Positions 1 through 8,760 of a DNA stretch of 61,900 bases are shown piece after piece. The position numbers and the translations under genes are program-made. Within the stretch, counting starts at the first letter, position 1. Each line of letters starts with the position of its first letter. This DNA is from Candidatus Saganbacteria bacterium (GTDB taxonomy: Bacteria; Margulisbacteria; WOR-1; XYC2-FULL-46-14): positions 1-61,900 of the forward strand of contig JABMQY010000039.1 in the NCBI GenBank assembly GCA_013202975.1. Reading direction: 5' to 3'. Under the pieces are notes generated by a model. It did no database searches. It saw only the letters and a list, made by a program, of their open reading frames with translations, and was not told the DNA's origin.

Positions 1-26
1 GATCTCTAAAGCGGATTCCAAAACTT

Positions 27-81
27 AAATGTCAAATGACAAATGCCTGCCTGCCGGCAAGGCAGGTCAAATGTCAAATGT
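27..81 (+). repeat. Heptamer tandem array AAATG(T/A)C (~5 units) interrupted by a 21-nt GC-rich palindrome
   Basis: AAATGTC(27-33) AAATGAC(34-40) AAATG[CCTGCCTGCCGGCAAGGCAGG, 46-66]TC AAATGTC(69-75) AAATGT(76-81); removing 46-66 restores an uninterrupted array. Confidence 0.9.
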
Positions 82-238
82 GGAAGATCGCAAAGAAGCC
101 ATCGTCAAAGCATTAAGCCTCGCAAAAAAAGAAGATCTCGTTGTCATAGCCGGCCGCGGGCATGAGAAGTACCAGGATTTTAATGGAAAAAAGGTTGCTT
201 TGGACGATCGGGTGGTGGTGAGGGAGTTGTTGTTATAG
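29..238 (+). CDS. murE: C-terminal segment of MurE (UDP-MurNAc-tripeptide ligase); link to upstream part not in frame within window
   Basis: VEDRKEAI..AL..AK..DLVVIAGRGHE.YQ...DDR matches the MurE C-terminus; in-frame TAA at 26-28 precedes it and the first ~17 codons are repeat-derived. Confidence 0.75.
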   Translation: MSNDKCLPAGKAGQMSNVEDRKEAIVKALSLAKKEDLVVIAGRGHEKYQDFNGKKVALDDRVVVRELLL

Positions 239-1252
239 ATTGTTTATTATTCTTTCAAGTATTTCCCTGGCATGAGTTTGCTGCGATTTAAAAAAGTCAG
301 GACTGGTTGCAATAGTGATAAAATCGGCTTTTTTTGCAATTGCTAACACAAACTGCAAATTTTGTTCATAAGACATTTGTTTTTTGATACTTTCTTTTGT
401 GAGTTTTTTATCGGAGGATTCTCCAAAATAAGCTGCAAAGTAATCAAGGTCAATATCAATAATGATTTTTAGGCCTACTTCTTTGCACGCATTTATATAT
501 TCTAATGCTTTTTCAATTGAGAGTTTCATCCCTCCCAAACCGCCGGATGGTTCGGAGATAAATGTAGTCTCAATTCCTTTATTGGAATATCCGGTAAGGA
601 CATAATAGGTATCATTAAATAAAAGCGGATTATTCCGGTCAAAGGTTTGTCCCGGACTTAAGAAGTTTGTGATTTCTAATTTCTCCTGACAGAGAATGGC
701 GACGCCGGCCAGATCATCAAGATTTGGCCTGGAATGAGTCCTATTTGGAAATTCATTATCAATATGTTCATCAATATGGAACAGTGCGGAGAAACCATTA
801 GTTATTCCCAGTTTTTTTGCAAGAGCCAGTCCGTATAATGCATGTGTGTGTTGGTCTGAGAGAAAAACCATCTTTCCTGATTTTGTCGGGATAAGCAGAT
901 ATTTTTCAAGATATGATAAATCTCCAAATCTTAGTAAGGGAGCTTTTGATCCCATTACTTTAGCATCCCAGACAGTATAGTAAGCAAGGTCTTTTAGGCT
1001 TCCGATGATAAGGGGAGAACTTCTCATACCGTCAAAACAAAATATCCTGTCATTATCCAGGAAGGGTCGTCTCCCGTTATAGTCTTTTGATGTAAAGATT
1101 CCATTTTTTAATTCAAACCGGTCCATTAGGCCCTGTAAAACTAGAGGTTGGCTTGATAGTTTTGGTCCTAATAATAGTTTTAGGCTGTCAAGTGTCTCTG
1201 TATTAGCGCTTGATCTTCTGGCCGGTGTGTTTGGTCCTACTCTTAATCCCAT
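233..1252 (-). CDS. UPF0489-family protein with N-terminal extension (start probably ATG at 1252; ORF extends to 1297)
   Basis: Motifs DQHTHAL, LFHIDEHID, IDIDLDYF, ITIATSPDFF resemble UPF0489 (arginase/deacetylase-like fold). Confidence 0.6.
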   Translation of the reverse strand: MGLRVGPNTPARRSSANTETLDSLKLLLGPKLSSQPLVLQGLMDRFELKNGIFTSKDYNGRRPFLDNDRIFCFDGMRSSPLIIGSLKDLAYYTVWDAKVMGSKAPLLRFGDLSYLEKYLLIPTKSGKMVFLSDQHTHALYGLALAKKLGITNGFSALFHIDEHIDNEFPNRTHSRPNLDDLAGVAILCQEKLEITNFLSPGQTFDRNNPLLFNDTYYVLTGYSNKGIETTFISEPSGGLGGMKLSIEKALEYINACKEVGLKIIIDIDLDYFAAYFGESSDKKLTKESIKKQMSYEQNLQFVLAIAKKADFITIATSPDFFKSQQTHAREILERIINNL

Positions 1253-1258
1253 ATATAT

Positions 1259-1286
1259 ATATCGATAGAAATTGCGATAAATTTCA
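1259..1286 (-). promoter_or_regulatory. Possible sigma-28-type promoter for the UPF0489 gene
   Basis: Minus strand reads TGAAA-N15-ATCGATAT, then ATATAT-ATG; resembles TAAA-N15-GCCGATAA. Confidence 0.3.
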
Positions 1287-1294
1287 TCTATAAT
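1266..1294 (+). promoter_or_regulatory. sigma-70-type promoter for mtnA (probably leaderless)
   Basis: TAGAAA(1266-1271)-N17-TATAAT(1289-1294), ATG 6 nt later, no SD. Confidence 0.55.
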
Positions 1295-1300
1295 CATATC

Positions 1301-2251
1301 ATGCGGACTTTAGAGTGGGTTAATGGAAAACTCAAGATTATCGATCAATTGGAGCTTCCCCACAAGCTTAAATTTTTATATTTAAAAACCTACCAGGACG
1401 TTGTAAAAACAATTAAAGATATGAACATTCGGGGAGCGCCGGCAATTGGGGTTGCTGCAGCTTACGGTTGTGCTCTTGCAGGGAAGAACCTGAAAAAAGC
1501 GGCGAAAGCATTAGTTGATTCCCGCCCAACCGCTGTAAACATCTATTGGGCAGTACAAAAAATGCTCCTTTTTGCAAAAGAAGGAAAAGATTTATTGCAA
1601 GAAGCCCATCGAATGGCAGAAGAGGATATTAAGATTAATAAAAAGATGGGGAGGTATGGGGCTAAGTTAATTCGATCGGGAATGACAGTATTGACCCATT
1701 GTAATGCAGGAGCATTAGCTACCGTTGATTATGGAACGGCGGTTGGAGTTATTCGGGCGGCTCATGAGCAGGGGAAGAAGATCCATGTCTTTACCTCTGA
1801 AACAAGGCCCTATCTTCAGGGTGCTCGTTTAACGGCCTGGGAATTAAAGCAGATGGGGGTAGATTATCATCTTATAACAGACAATATGGTTGGTCATTTT
1901 ATGCAAAGGGGTGAGATTGATCTGGTTGTGACTGGGGCGGATCGAGTTGCCAGAAATGGTGATACTGCAAATAAGATTGGAACATACTCGATTGCGGTTT
2001 TAGCCAAAGAGCACAAAATCCCATTTTATATTGCTGTTCCTTTTTCAACCATAGACACTTCTATGAAATCAGGAAAAGGGATAAAAATTGAAGAGCGGGC
2101 CGGGGATGAGTTGACTATTATTAAGGGCAAACGAATTGCAGCAAAAGGGACTCCTGTTCGTTATCCTGCCTTTGATGTTACCCCAGCTAAATATATTACC
2201 GGGTACATTACAGAGAAAGGGATCTTGAATCCTCCTTTTAAGCATGGATAA
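1301..2251 (+). CDS. mtnA: S-methyl-5-thioribose-1-phosphate isomerase
   Basis: IRGAPAIG, SRPTAVN, LTHCNAGALAT, ETRPYLQGARLTAWEL, GADR..NGDTANKIGTY, FDVTP. Confidence 0.95.
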   Translation: MRTLEWVNGKLKIIDQLELPHKLKFLYLKTYQDVVKTIKDMNIRGAPAIGVAAAYGCALAGKNLKKAAKALVDSRPTAVNIYWAVQKMLLFAKEGKDLLQEAHRMAEEDIKINKKMGRYGAKLIRSGMTVLTHCNAGALATVDYGTAVGVIRAAHEQGKKIHVFTSETRPYLQGARLTAWELKQMGVDYHLITDNMVGHFMQRGEIDLVVTGADRVARNGDTANKIGTYSIAVLAKEHKIPFYIAVPFSTIDTSMKSGKGIKIEERAGDELTIIKGKRIAAKGTPVRYPAFDVTPAKYITGYITEKGILNPPFKHG

Positions 2252-3362
2252 GGTAGACATAACAATTATAGGCGGGGGAATTGTTGGCCTCGCGATTGCG
2301 AAAGAGCTCTCCGAAAAATATCCCAATAAGGATATTGTTGTCCTCGAAAAGCATGAGTCCTATGGAGAAGAAACCAGCAGCCGCAATAGTGAAGTTGTCC
2401 ACTCAGGAATTTATTATACCCCCGGATCGCTAAAAGCAAAGTTTTGTGTTTTGGGGAAGAAAATGCTTTGGGATATTTGTGAGAAGAATAATATTTTGTT
2501 TCGTAAACTTGGCAAATTGATTGTTGCTACTAATCAAGAAGAAATTAAACAATTAGATGAACTTTTTGACAGGGGAAGGAAAAATGGGGTAGAGGATTTA
2601 GAGATTATTGGAGTTAAAGGGATCCGTGATCTTGAGCCAAACATAAAAGCTCTGGCCGCTCTTTATTCTCCGGGAACCGGCGTGATTGATTCGCACAGTA
2701 TCATGAAATATTTTTATCAAAAAGCAAAGGATAGTGGGGTGATGTTTTGTTTTGGTTCGGAGGTTACGGGGATTAGAAAAGAGGATTGGGGATATAGAAT
2801 AGATTGTAGGGACAGGTCACTGACCTGTCCATGTATAAAAAGTCGAGTTGTGATAAATGCTGCTGGTTTGTGGGCAGATAAGATTGCGGCGATGGTGGGA
2901 ATTGATATAGAAAAATCCGGATATAAATTATATTATTTGAAAGGCGAATATTTTTCGTATTCATCAACCTGTCCTCTGGTCAACGGTCTGGTCTACCCGA
3001 CTCCACAAAAGGGAAACAAATCTTTGGGAATCCATACCCTGGTTGATCCGGGAGGGAGTATCAAGTTTGGTCCCAATGCCTATCCGGTTGATGAAATTGA
3101 TTACAATGTGGTGGCCGAACATCGTTCGGCCTTCCATCAATCAATAATAACCTATCTTCCGGATGTGAAATTAGAAGATTTATCTCCGGATCAATCCGGA
3201 ATTAGGCCCAAATTAGCCATATTTGACGGGGTTGAGCCGGATTTCATTATAATAGAAGAGAAGGAAAAAGGCTTCCCGGGCTTTATTAATCTAATAGGCA
3301 TTGAGTCTCCGGGGTTGACCTCCGTGCCGGCTATTTCGAAATTTGTGTCTGACTTGTTCTGA
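2244..3362 (+). CDS. FAD-dependent oxidoreductase, L-2-hydroxyglutarate oxidase (LhgO)-like
   Basis: GGGIVG, ETSSRNSEVVHSGIYY, KGEYF, GIRPK, GIESPGLTS. Confidence 0.85.
   Translation: MDKVDITIIGGGIVGLAIAKELSEKYPNKDIVVLEKHESYGEETSSRNSEVVHSGIYYTPGSLKAKFCVLGKKMLWDICEKNNILFRKLGKLIVATNQEEIKQLDELFDRGRKNGVEDLEIIGVKGIRDLEPNIKALAALYSPGTGVIDSHSIMKYFYQKAKDSGVMFCFGSEVTGIRKEDWGYRIDCRDRSLTCPCIKSRVVINAAGLWADKIAAMVGIDIEKSGYKLYYLKGEYFSYSSTCPLVNGLVYPTPQKGNKSLGIHTLVDPGGSIKFGPNAYPVDEIDYNVVAEHRSAFHQSIITYLPDVKLEDLSPDQSGIRPKLAIFDGVEPDFIIIEEKEKGFPGFINLIGIESPGLTSVPAISKFVSDLF
2806..2830 (+). repeat. GTAG-type REP-like palindrome inside the LhgO-like CDS
   Basis: GTAG followed by a perfect 10-bp inverted repeat GGACAGGTCA-C-TGACCTGTCC. 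Confidence 0.7.
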
Positions 3363-3373
3363 CACGTTTTGAA
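3344..3373 (+). promoter_or_regulatory. Three 10-bp phased imperfect direct repeats upstream of the locus promoter
   Basis: TGTGTCTGAC / TTGTTCTGAC / ACGTTTTGAA. Confidence 0.35.
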
Positions 3374-3388
3374 TCACAAAAAGACCCA

Positions 3389-3423
3389 TTGACTTTTCTT
3401 GGTATAGAGCTATAATGTACCAA
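3389..3423 (+). promoter_or_regulatory. sigma-70 promoter of the glycan locus with overlapping inverted repeat
   Basis: TTGACT(3389-3394)-N16-TATAAT(3411-3416), ATG at 3425; TTGGTA(3399-3404)-N13-TACCAA(3418-3423) brackets the -10. Confidence 0.75.
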
Positions 3424-3424
3424 T

Positions 3425-3670
3425 ATGGAGATCAAGGAGCACGAAGTCTATACTCTTGAAGAAACCACCTCACTATTAAAGATCAGCCGTTCTACTTTTT
3501 TACGCCTAATAAAAAAAGGAATTCTTAATGCCTATAAGGTAGGAGGGCAGTATCGGGTCTTGGGGAGAGAAATTCTAAATCTTTTTAATCCAAAGGTTCG
3601 GGATGGTGCTAAGTCTGCATATCATAAAGTGATTGATCGAGTAAAAGAGCGGTTGGAGCTAATAAAGTAA
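3425..3670 (+). CDS. Excisionase/MerR-like (HTH_17) DNA-binding protein
   Basis: VYTLEE...LLKISRSTFLRLIKKG.L.AYKVGGQYRV. Confidence 0.85.
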   Translation: MEIKEHEVYTLEETTSLLKISRSTFLRLIKKGILNAYKVGGQYRVLGREILNLFNPKVRDGAKSAYHKVIDRVKERLELIK

Positions 3671-3685
3671 AAAGGAAGGGATGAA

Positions 3686-4438
3686 ATGATGTTAAGAAAA
3701 ATATGTTTTTTGTTGCTAATGATTCTAGTTATTAATTTTTGTTTGCCTGCTTATGGTCAAACCGTAGGTTCGTCAGTTGGCAGTTCGGATTATTTTGTTG
3801 GGGATGCAATTATTGAAAGTGAGTACAGGTTGGGGCCGGGAGATCAGGTTTCAGCCAATTTAATTGTTGGGGATAATGATATGTCGCTTGATTATAAATT
3901 TATTCTTGATCCCGAAGGGAAAATCTTTTTTCCTCGAGTCGGAGAAATAAAATTATTGGGATTAACCATTCCAGAGGCAAAAAAATTAGTCAGATCCAGG
4001 ATTCGCGGAGTATATAAGGTTAAATTTATTTTTTCTTTTCGCCTGAGTGTTCCGAGAAAAATTCAAATTTATCTTAGCGGGGCAGAAAATAAGCCCCATT
4101 ATATGGGAGAGCGTAAATTTGTTTATGTTTATGGGCAGGTTTCAAACACCGGAAGATTTGAATATCTCCCCGGAAAGAAATACTCGGATTATATTAGTTA
4201 TGCCGGCGGCCCTAAGCCCAATGCTTTTTTGGGGTGGTCATCCATTACGAGGGAAAACAAAAAAATAGCAGTAAATGGGTATGATGTTATTTTTAATGGA
4301 AATCGATCGAAGGATAGCGATATTTTGCCCGGGGATGTTATAAATGTTCCGGCAAATTTCTTTTATTTTTCGGATTTTTCAAGTTTTGCAAATACAATTC
4401 TGTTGGCTTTGACGCTGTATTCGACAGTACTTAAATAG
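3686..4438 (+). CDS. Polysaccharide export protein (Wza-like, Poly_export + SLBB)
   Basis: Signal peptide, YRLGPGD, G.IFFPRVGEI.L.GLTI.EA, VYVYGQV..G.F, L.PGDVI.VP. Confidence 0.8.
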   Translation: MMLRKICFLLLMILVINFCLPAYGQTVGSSVGSSDYFVGDAIIESEYRLGPGDQVSANLIVGDNDMSLDYKFILDPEGKIFFPRVGEIKLLGLTIPEAKKLVRSRIRGVYKVKFIFSFRLSVPRKIQIYLSGAENKPHYMGERKFVYVYGQVSNTGRFEYLPGKKYSDYISYAGGPKPNAFLGWSSITRENKKIAVNGYDVIFNGNRSKDSDILPGDVINVPANFFYFSDFSSFANTILLALTLYSTVLK

Positions 4439-4447
4439 GAGAAATAA

Positions 4448-5353
4448 ATGAATGAAGAGATAAATCTGCTTGATTATGTTAATACAATTTTAAAACATTG
4501 GAAGATAATTATTCTAATTGCCCTTGTTACAACAATTTTTGCGTTTGTTACTACAAAGAGGGAGCAGCCTCTTTATCAATCCAAAACGACGATGTTGGTG
4601 CGGTTGGGTGGTGGATCGATTAACTCAAAATTGGCTGGTTTGGCGGGAATAAAGGTATCTTCCGGTCCAGCTGATGATTTTATCGAGGTCTTACAAAGCA
4701 GGGCGGTTGCTTTGAAGGTGCTTACCGACCTAAAACTGAGAGAGTCCATTGCGGGTTGGGACGACCCCAAAATAGATGATCATATACTAGCTTCTTCTGT
4801 AGCTGGGATGCTAAAACCACCAAAACAAAGTGGGAATTTGCTCGAGTTGACTGTTGTCCATACTGATCCCAAGCTGACTGCCAAAATTGTAAACGCCTTT
4901 ATTGATTCTTTATCATTTTATTTAAATAAATTGAATTATACGGAAGCAAAGAAACAAAGAGAATATATTGAAAAACAGCTTCCCCGCGTTGAGGAGAACC
5001 TAATGCAGGTTGAGCAGAAATTGAAGGATTATACTCTTTTGTCGGGAGCAAGTTCAAGTAAAAGTCCGGCGGCAGGGATTACGGTTATGAGGCTTAATAG
5101 AGAATTTGAGATTCTGAATGAAGTTTATGTGATGTTAAGACAGGAGTATGAATCAGTTAAGCTTGAAGAATCTAAAGAAATTGATCCTTTTACTATTTTA
5201 GATGAGGCTCATGTTCCCAAGAGTCCTTTTAAACCAAATGTTAGATTAAATGTTTTGATTGGATTGATTTTGGGTTTGTTTTTTGGGGTGTTTATTGCAT
5301 TTATGTGGGAATATTGGCAAAACCTTTTAGATAAGCAAAAAGAAAGGGTTTAA
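4448..5353 (+). CDS. Wzz/GNVR-type polysaccharide co-polymerase (no kinase domain)
   Basis: EEINLLDY, N-terminal TM, coiled coil, ILDEAHVP..P.KP followed by Gly-rich C-terminal TM. Confidence 0.85.
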   Translation: MNEEINLLDYVNTILKHWKIIILIALVTTIFAFVTTKREQPLYQSKTTMLVRLGGGSINSKLAGLAGIKVSSGPADDFIEVLQSRAVALKVLTDLKLRESIAGWDDPKIDDHILASSVAGMLKPPKQSGNLLELTVVHTDPKLTAKIVNAFIDSLSFYLNKLNYTEAKKQREYIEKQLPRVEENLMQVEQKLKDYTLLSGASSSKSPAAGITVMRLNREFEILNEVYVMLRQEYESVKLEESKEIDPFTILDEAHVPKSPFKPNVRLNVLIGLILGLFFGVFIAFMWEYWQNLLDKQKERV

Positions 5354-5371
5354 AATTATTTAGGGGATATT

Positions 5372-6235
5372 ATGGGACTAAAATCTTTTTTTAAAGACAA
5401 AGCTAAAACGAGGACTGATTCCCTTGTTTTAATTAAGCCTCAGAGTGGTTTATTTAGTATCAATTTTCAAGAATTATGGGCCTATAGAGAACTATTTTGG
5501 TTTTTGGCTTTAAGGGATATTTTAGTCAAATACAAACAGGCTGCAATCGGTGTTGTCTGGGCAGTAATTCAGCCGGTACTTACAATGATCGTTTTTTCAG
5601 TTATTTTTGGTGGTTTGGCAAAGCTGCCTTCGGATGGAGTTCCCTATCCCATAATGGTTTATGTCGGATTGTTGCCTTGGCAGTTTTTTGCTAATTCTAT
5701 GCGAGCATCAAGCCAATCTGTTGTTGGAAAGTCGACAATCCTTACAAAAATATATTTCCCTCGCTTAATTATCCCTACCAGTGCGGTTATTTCTGGTTTT
5801 ATTGATTTCTTAGTTTCTTTTGTAATTCTATTCGTAATGATGATTTGGTTTAGAATACCCCCTACCTTTAATCTGCTGTTTTTACCTCTATTTATTTTAT
5901 TGGCTTTTACTGCAGCGTTAGGGGTTGGGTTATGGTTATCTGCTTTAAATGTTGAATTTAGGGATGTTATTTATGTTGTGCCTTTTTTGATTCAGGCTGG
6001 CCAATATGTTTCTCCTGTTGCATATTCGTCTGCAATAATCCCTGAAAAATGGAGTTTTTTGTATTCGTTGAATCCTATGGTTGGAGTAATAAATGGTTTT
6101 CGTTGGGCAATTTTGGGGACCGCTACTCCTGATCCCAAAAATCTCATAATAAGTACCTCTTGTGTTTTGCTGTTATTTCTAGGCGGGTTATTTTATTTTA
6201 AAAAGGTCGAAAAAACTTTTGCGGATATTATCTGA
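5372..6235 (+). CDS. wzm: ABC-2 O-antigen/polysaccharide export permease
   Basis: ELW.YRELFWFL..RDILVKYKQ..IG..WA.IQP, KIYFPR, LNPM. Confidence 0.92.
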   Translation: MGLKSFFKDKAKTRTDSLVLIKPQSGLFSINFQELWAYRELFWFLALRDILVKYKQAAIGVVWAVIQPVLTMIVFSVIFGGLAKLPSDGVPYPIMVYVGLLPWQFFANSMRASSQSVVGKSTILTKIYFPRLIIPTSAVISGFIDFLVSFVILFVMMIWFRIPPTFNLLFLPLFILLAFTAALGVGLWLSALNVEFRDVIYVVPFLIQAGQYVSPVAYSSAIIPEKWSFLYSLNPMVGVINGFRWAILGTATPDPKNLIISTSCVLLLFLGGLFYFKKVEKTFADII

Positions 6236-6238
6236 AAA

Positions 6239-7525
6239 ATGAACAAACCAATAATTTCAATAAACAATTTGAGTAAACGATATTTGTTGGGTTTGGGCGG
6301 GGGCGAGCAATATAGGGCGCTAAGGGATGTTATAGTAAACAGTCTTATGAGTTTGTTTAGAAGAAAATATCGTCAAAATAGCTTTGAGGAAATATGGGCA
6401 TTAAAAGATGTTTCTTTTGATGTTGAAAAAGGGCAGAAGATTGCAATCATTGGTAGGAATGGGGCAGGAAAGAGTACTTTGTTAAAAATTCTCAGTCGTA
6501 TTACTTGCCCAACAGAGGGAGAGGTCAAGATTCGGGGAAGAGTTGCCAGTTTGCTTGAAGTTGGCACCGGTTTTCACCCTGAATTGACCGGCAGAGAAAA
6601 TATTTTCATGAACGGTGCTATATTGGGGATGACAAGGGCCGAAATCAAAAGAAAGTTTGATGAAATAGTCGCTTTTTCTGAGATTGAGAAGTTTATCGAT
6701 ACGCCTGTAAAGCGTTATTCTAGCGGTATGAGTGTTAGGCTTGCTTTTTCTGTTGCTGCGCACTTGGAGCCGGAGATATTGGTTATTGATGAGGTTCTTG
6801 CCGTTGGTGATTTGATGTTTCAGAAAAAATGCATGGGTAAGATGGATAATGTTGCAAAACAGGGCCGAACTGTTCTCTTTGTGAGCCATAATATGGAAGC
6901 TGTTCGAAGACTATGTCCAAGAGCGGTTTTGTTGAAGGATGGGATGATAGTAAAAGATGGACCTACTAGCGAAGTTGTAAGGAAATATATGGAGGTGGGG
7001 GTTGAGGAGCAGGGAGAAAAAATTTGGAATAGCATTGAAGATGCTCCAGGGGACGATGTAGTTCGCATGCATGCGGTACGTGTTTTAAATAAAAATGGCA
7101 AAGTTTGCACAAAGTTTGATGTTTGTGATGAGATTATGCTTGAGATGGAATATTGGGTCTTGAAGGATGATCATCCCTTAGATGCAACTTATTATTTGAT
7201 AGATGAGAGAGGACATACAATTTTAGTTACGCTTGATAATTTAGATTCCCCGTGGAATGAAAAGAAAAAGCCGGTAGGACACTATTGTTCTAGATGCAAA
7301 GTTCCCGGGAATCTTTTAAATAATGGACAGATTTCTCTGTTGGCCGCAGTTGTAACACATCCTCACCCAGTACATGTTATATTGCGTGATGTTTTAAGGT
7401 TTGATGTTGGTGATGCTATGAATCCAAATGGAGTGAGGGGGAACCATGCCATGCCATGGCCACCCTCTGCTGTGCGTCCTCGTTTGCAGTGGAGTGAAGA
7501 ATTTGTTCCTTTAGATAATAATTAG
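6239..7525 (+). CDS. wzt: ABC polysaccharide export ATPase with C-terminal carbohydrate-binding domain
   Basis: GRNGAGKST, GTGFHPELTGREN, YSSGM, IDEVLAVGD, plus long C-terminal extension. Confidence 0.92.
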   Translation: MNKPIISINNLSKRYLLGLGGGEQYRALRDVIVNSLMSLFRRKYRQNSFEEIWALKDVSFDVEKGQKIAIIGRNGAGKSTLLKILSRITCPTEGEVKIRGRVASLLEVGTGFHPELTGRENIFMNGAILGMTRAEIKRKFDEIVAFSEIEKFIDTPVKRYSSGMSVRLAFSVAAHLEPEILVIDEVLAVGDLMFQKKCMGKMDNVAKQGRTVLFVSHNMEAVRRLCPRAVLLKDGMIVKDGPTSEVVRKYMEVGVEEQGEKIWNSIEDAPGDDVVRMHAVRVLNKNGKVCTKFDVCDEIMLEMEYWVLKDDHPLDATYYLIDERGHTILVTLDNLDSPWNEKKKPVGHYCSRCKVPGNLLNNGQISLLAAVVTHPHPVHVILRDVLRFDVGDAMNPNGVRGNHAMPWPPSAVRPRLQWSEEFVPLDNN

Positions 7526-7539
7526 AAAAGGAGATTAGT

Positions 7540-8760
7540 ATGTCAAAATGTCTTATTTGTCAGGCCCTATGTGAACCCTTTATCTCTTTTGGGAAAATGC
7601 CGATTGCAAATGGATTTTTAACAAAAGAAAAATTTGAGAATGAATATTTTTTTGAGATGAAGGTGGCTTTTTGTAAAAACTGTGGGATGGTTCAGCTAGT
7701 TGAGCAGCCGGAAAAGGAAAAGATGTTTAACGAAAATTATGCTTTTTTCTCGGGCACATCAAAAAATATGGCGATCCATTTTAAAGAGTTTGCCGATCAT
7801 GTCGTGAAGGATTATATTGCATCTAAAAATCCTTTTGTAGTTGAAATTGGAAGCAATGATGGTATTATGCTGCAAAACTTTGCGGCCCAAAAGATTCGCC
7901 ATCTCGGAATTGAACCATCTGCCAATGTGGCAAAAGTTGCCATAGATAAAGGAATTAATACAATTTCAGAGTTTTTTGATGGTGAATTGGCTAGAAAAAT
8001 TGTTAAAAAACATGGACAGGCTGATGCCTTTTTGGCAGCAAATGTTATGTGTCATATACCATATCTCCATTCGGTTGTGGAAGGGATTAAAATTTTGCTT
8101 AAATCTGATGGAATTGCCATGTTTGAAGATCCTTATTTAGGTGATTTTATTGAAAATACGACTTATGACCAGATTTATGATGAGCATGTGTTTTTGTTTT
8201 CCCTATTTTCTATAAGGTATTTGTTTGAGCAGCATGAAATGGAATTGATTGATGTGGAACCTCAGGAAACCCATGGGGGATCAATGCGCTATGTAATAGC
8301 CCATAGGGGGGCGCGTCCTGTTTCTAAAAATGTTTTTTCTCAACTTGAAAAAGAAAAAAAACTAGGATTGGATAAAGAGATTACCTATGATAATTTTAGA
8401 AAAAACTGCGAGGAATCCCGAGATGCTTTAATGTCCCTTTTAAAGGATATTAAAAAACAAGGCAAACGCATTGTCGGTTATGCGGCAACGTCTAAGAGTA
8501 CCACCGTTATTAATTATTGTGGAATCACAACAGAGCATCTTGAGTTTATTTCGGATACAACACCAATAAAACAGGGTAAAACTAGTCCGGGGGCACATAT
8601 TCCAGTTCGTCCATACCAAGAATTTCTGAATAACTATCCTGAATATGCTCTCTTGTTTGCTTATAACCATTCCAAAGAGATTATGGCAAAGGAGAAGGGT
8701 TTTATGTCGTCGGGAGGAAAATGGATTGTTTACGTTCCAAAGGTACAGGTACTAAAATGA
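7540..8760 (+). CDS. NDP-hexose C3-methyltransferase, TcaB9/EvaC-like
   Basis: Zn CxxC..Cxx[53 protein letters not shown]. Confidence 0.85.
   Translation: MSKCLICQALCEPFISFGKMPIANGFLTKEKFENEYFFEMKVAFCKNCGMVQLVEQPEKEKMFNENYAFFSGTSKNMAIHFKEFADHVVKDYIASKNPFVVEIGSNDGIMLQNFAAQKIRHLGIEPSANVAKVAIDKGINTISEFFDGELARKIVKKHGQADAFLAANVMCHIPYLHSVVEGIKILLKSDGIAMFEDPYLGDFIENTTYDQIYDEHVFLFSLFSIRYLFEQHEMELIDVEPQETHGGSMRYVIAHRGARPVSKNVFSQLEKEKKLGLDKEITYDNFRKNCEESRDALMSLLKDIKKQGKRIVGYAATSKSTTVINYCGITTEHLEFISDTTPIKQGKTSPGAHIPVRPYQEFLNNYPEYALLFAYNHSKEIMAKEKGFMSSGGKWIVYVPKVQVLK

Noticed and set aside
27-81. CRISPR array
   Set aside because: 7-nt tandem units without spacers; no cas genes
3425-3670. Prophage/ICE excisionase marking a mobile element
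   Set aside because: No integrase, att-like repeat, tRNA, phage or conjugation gene seen; a regulatory role fits better
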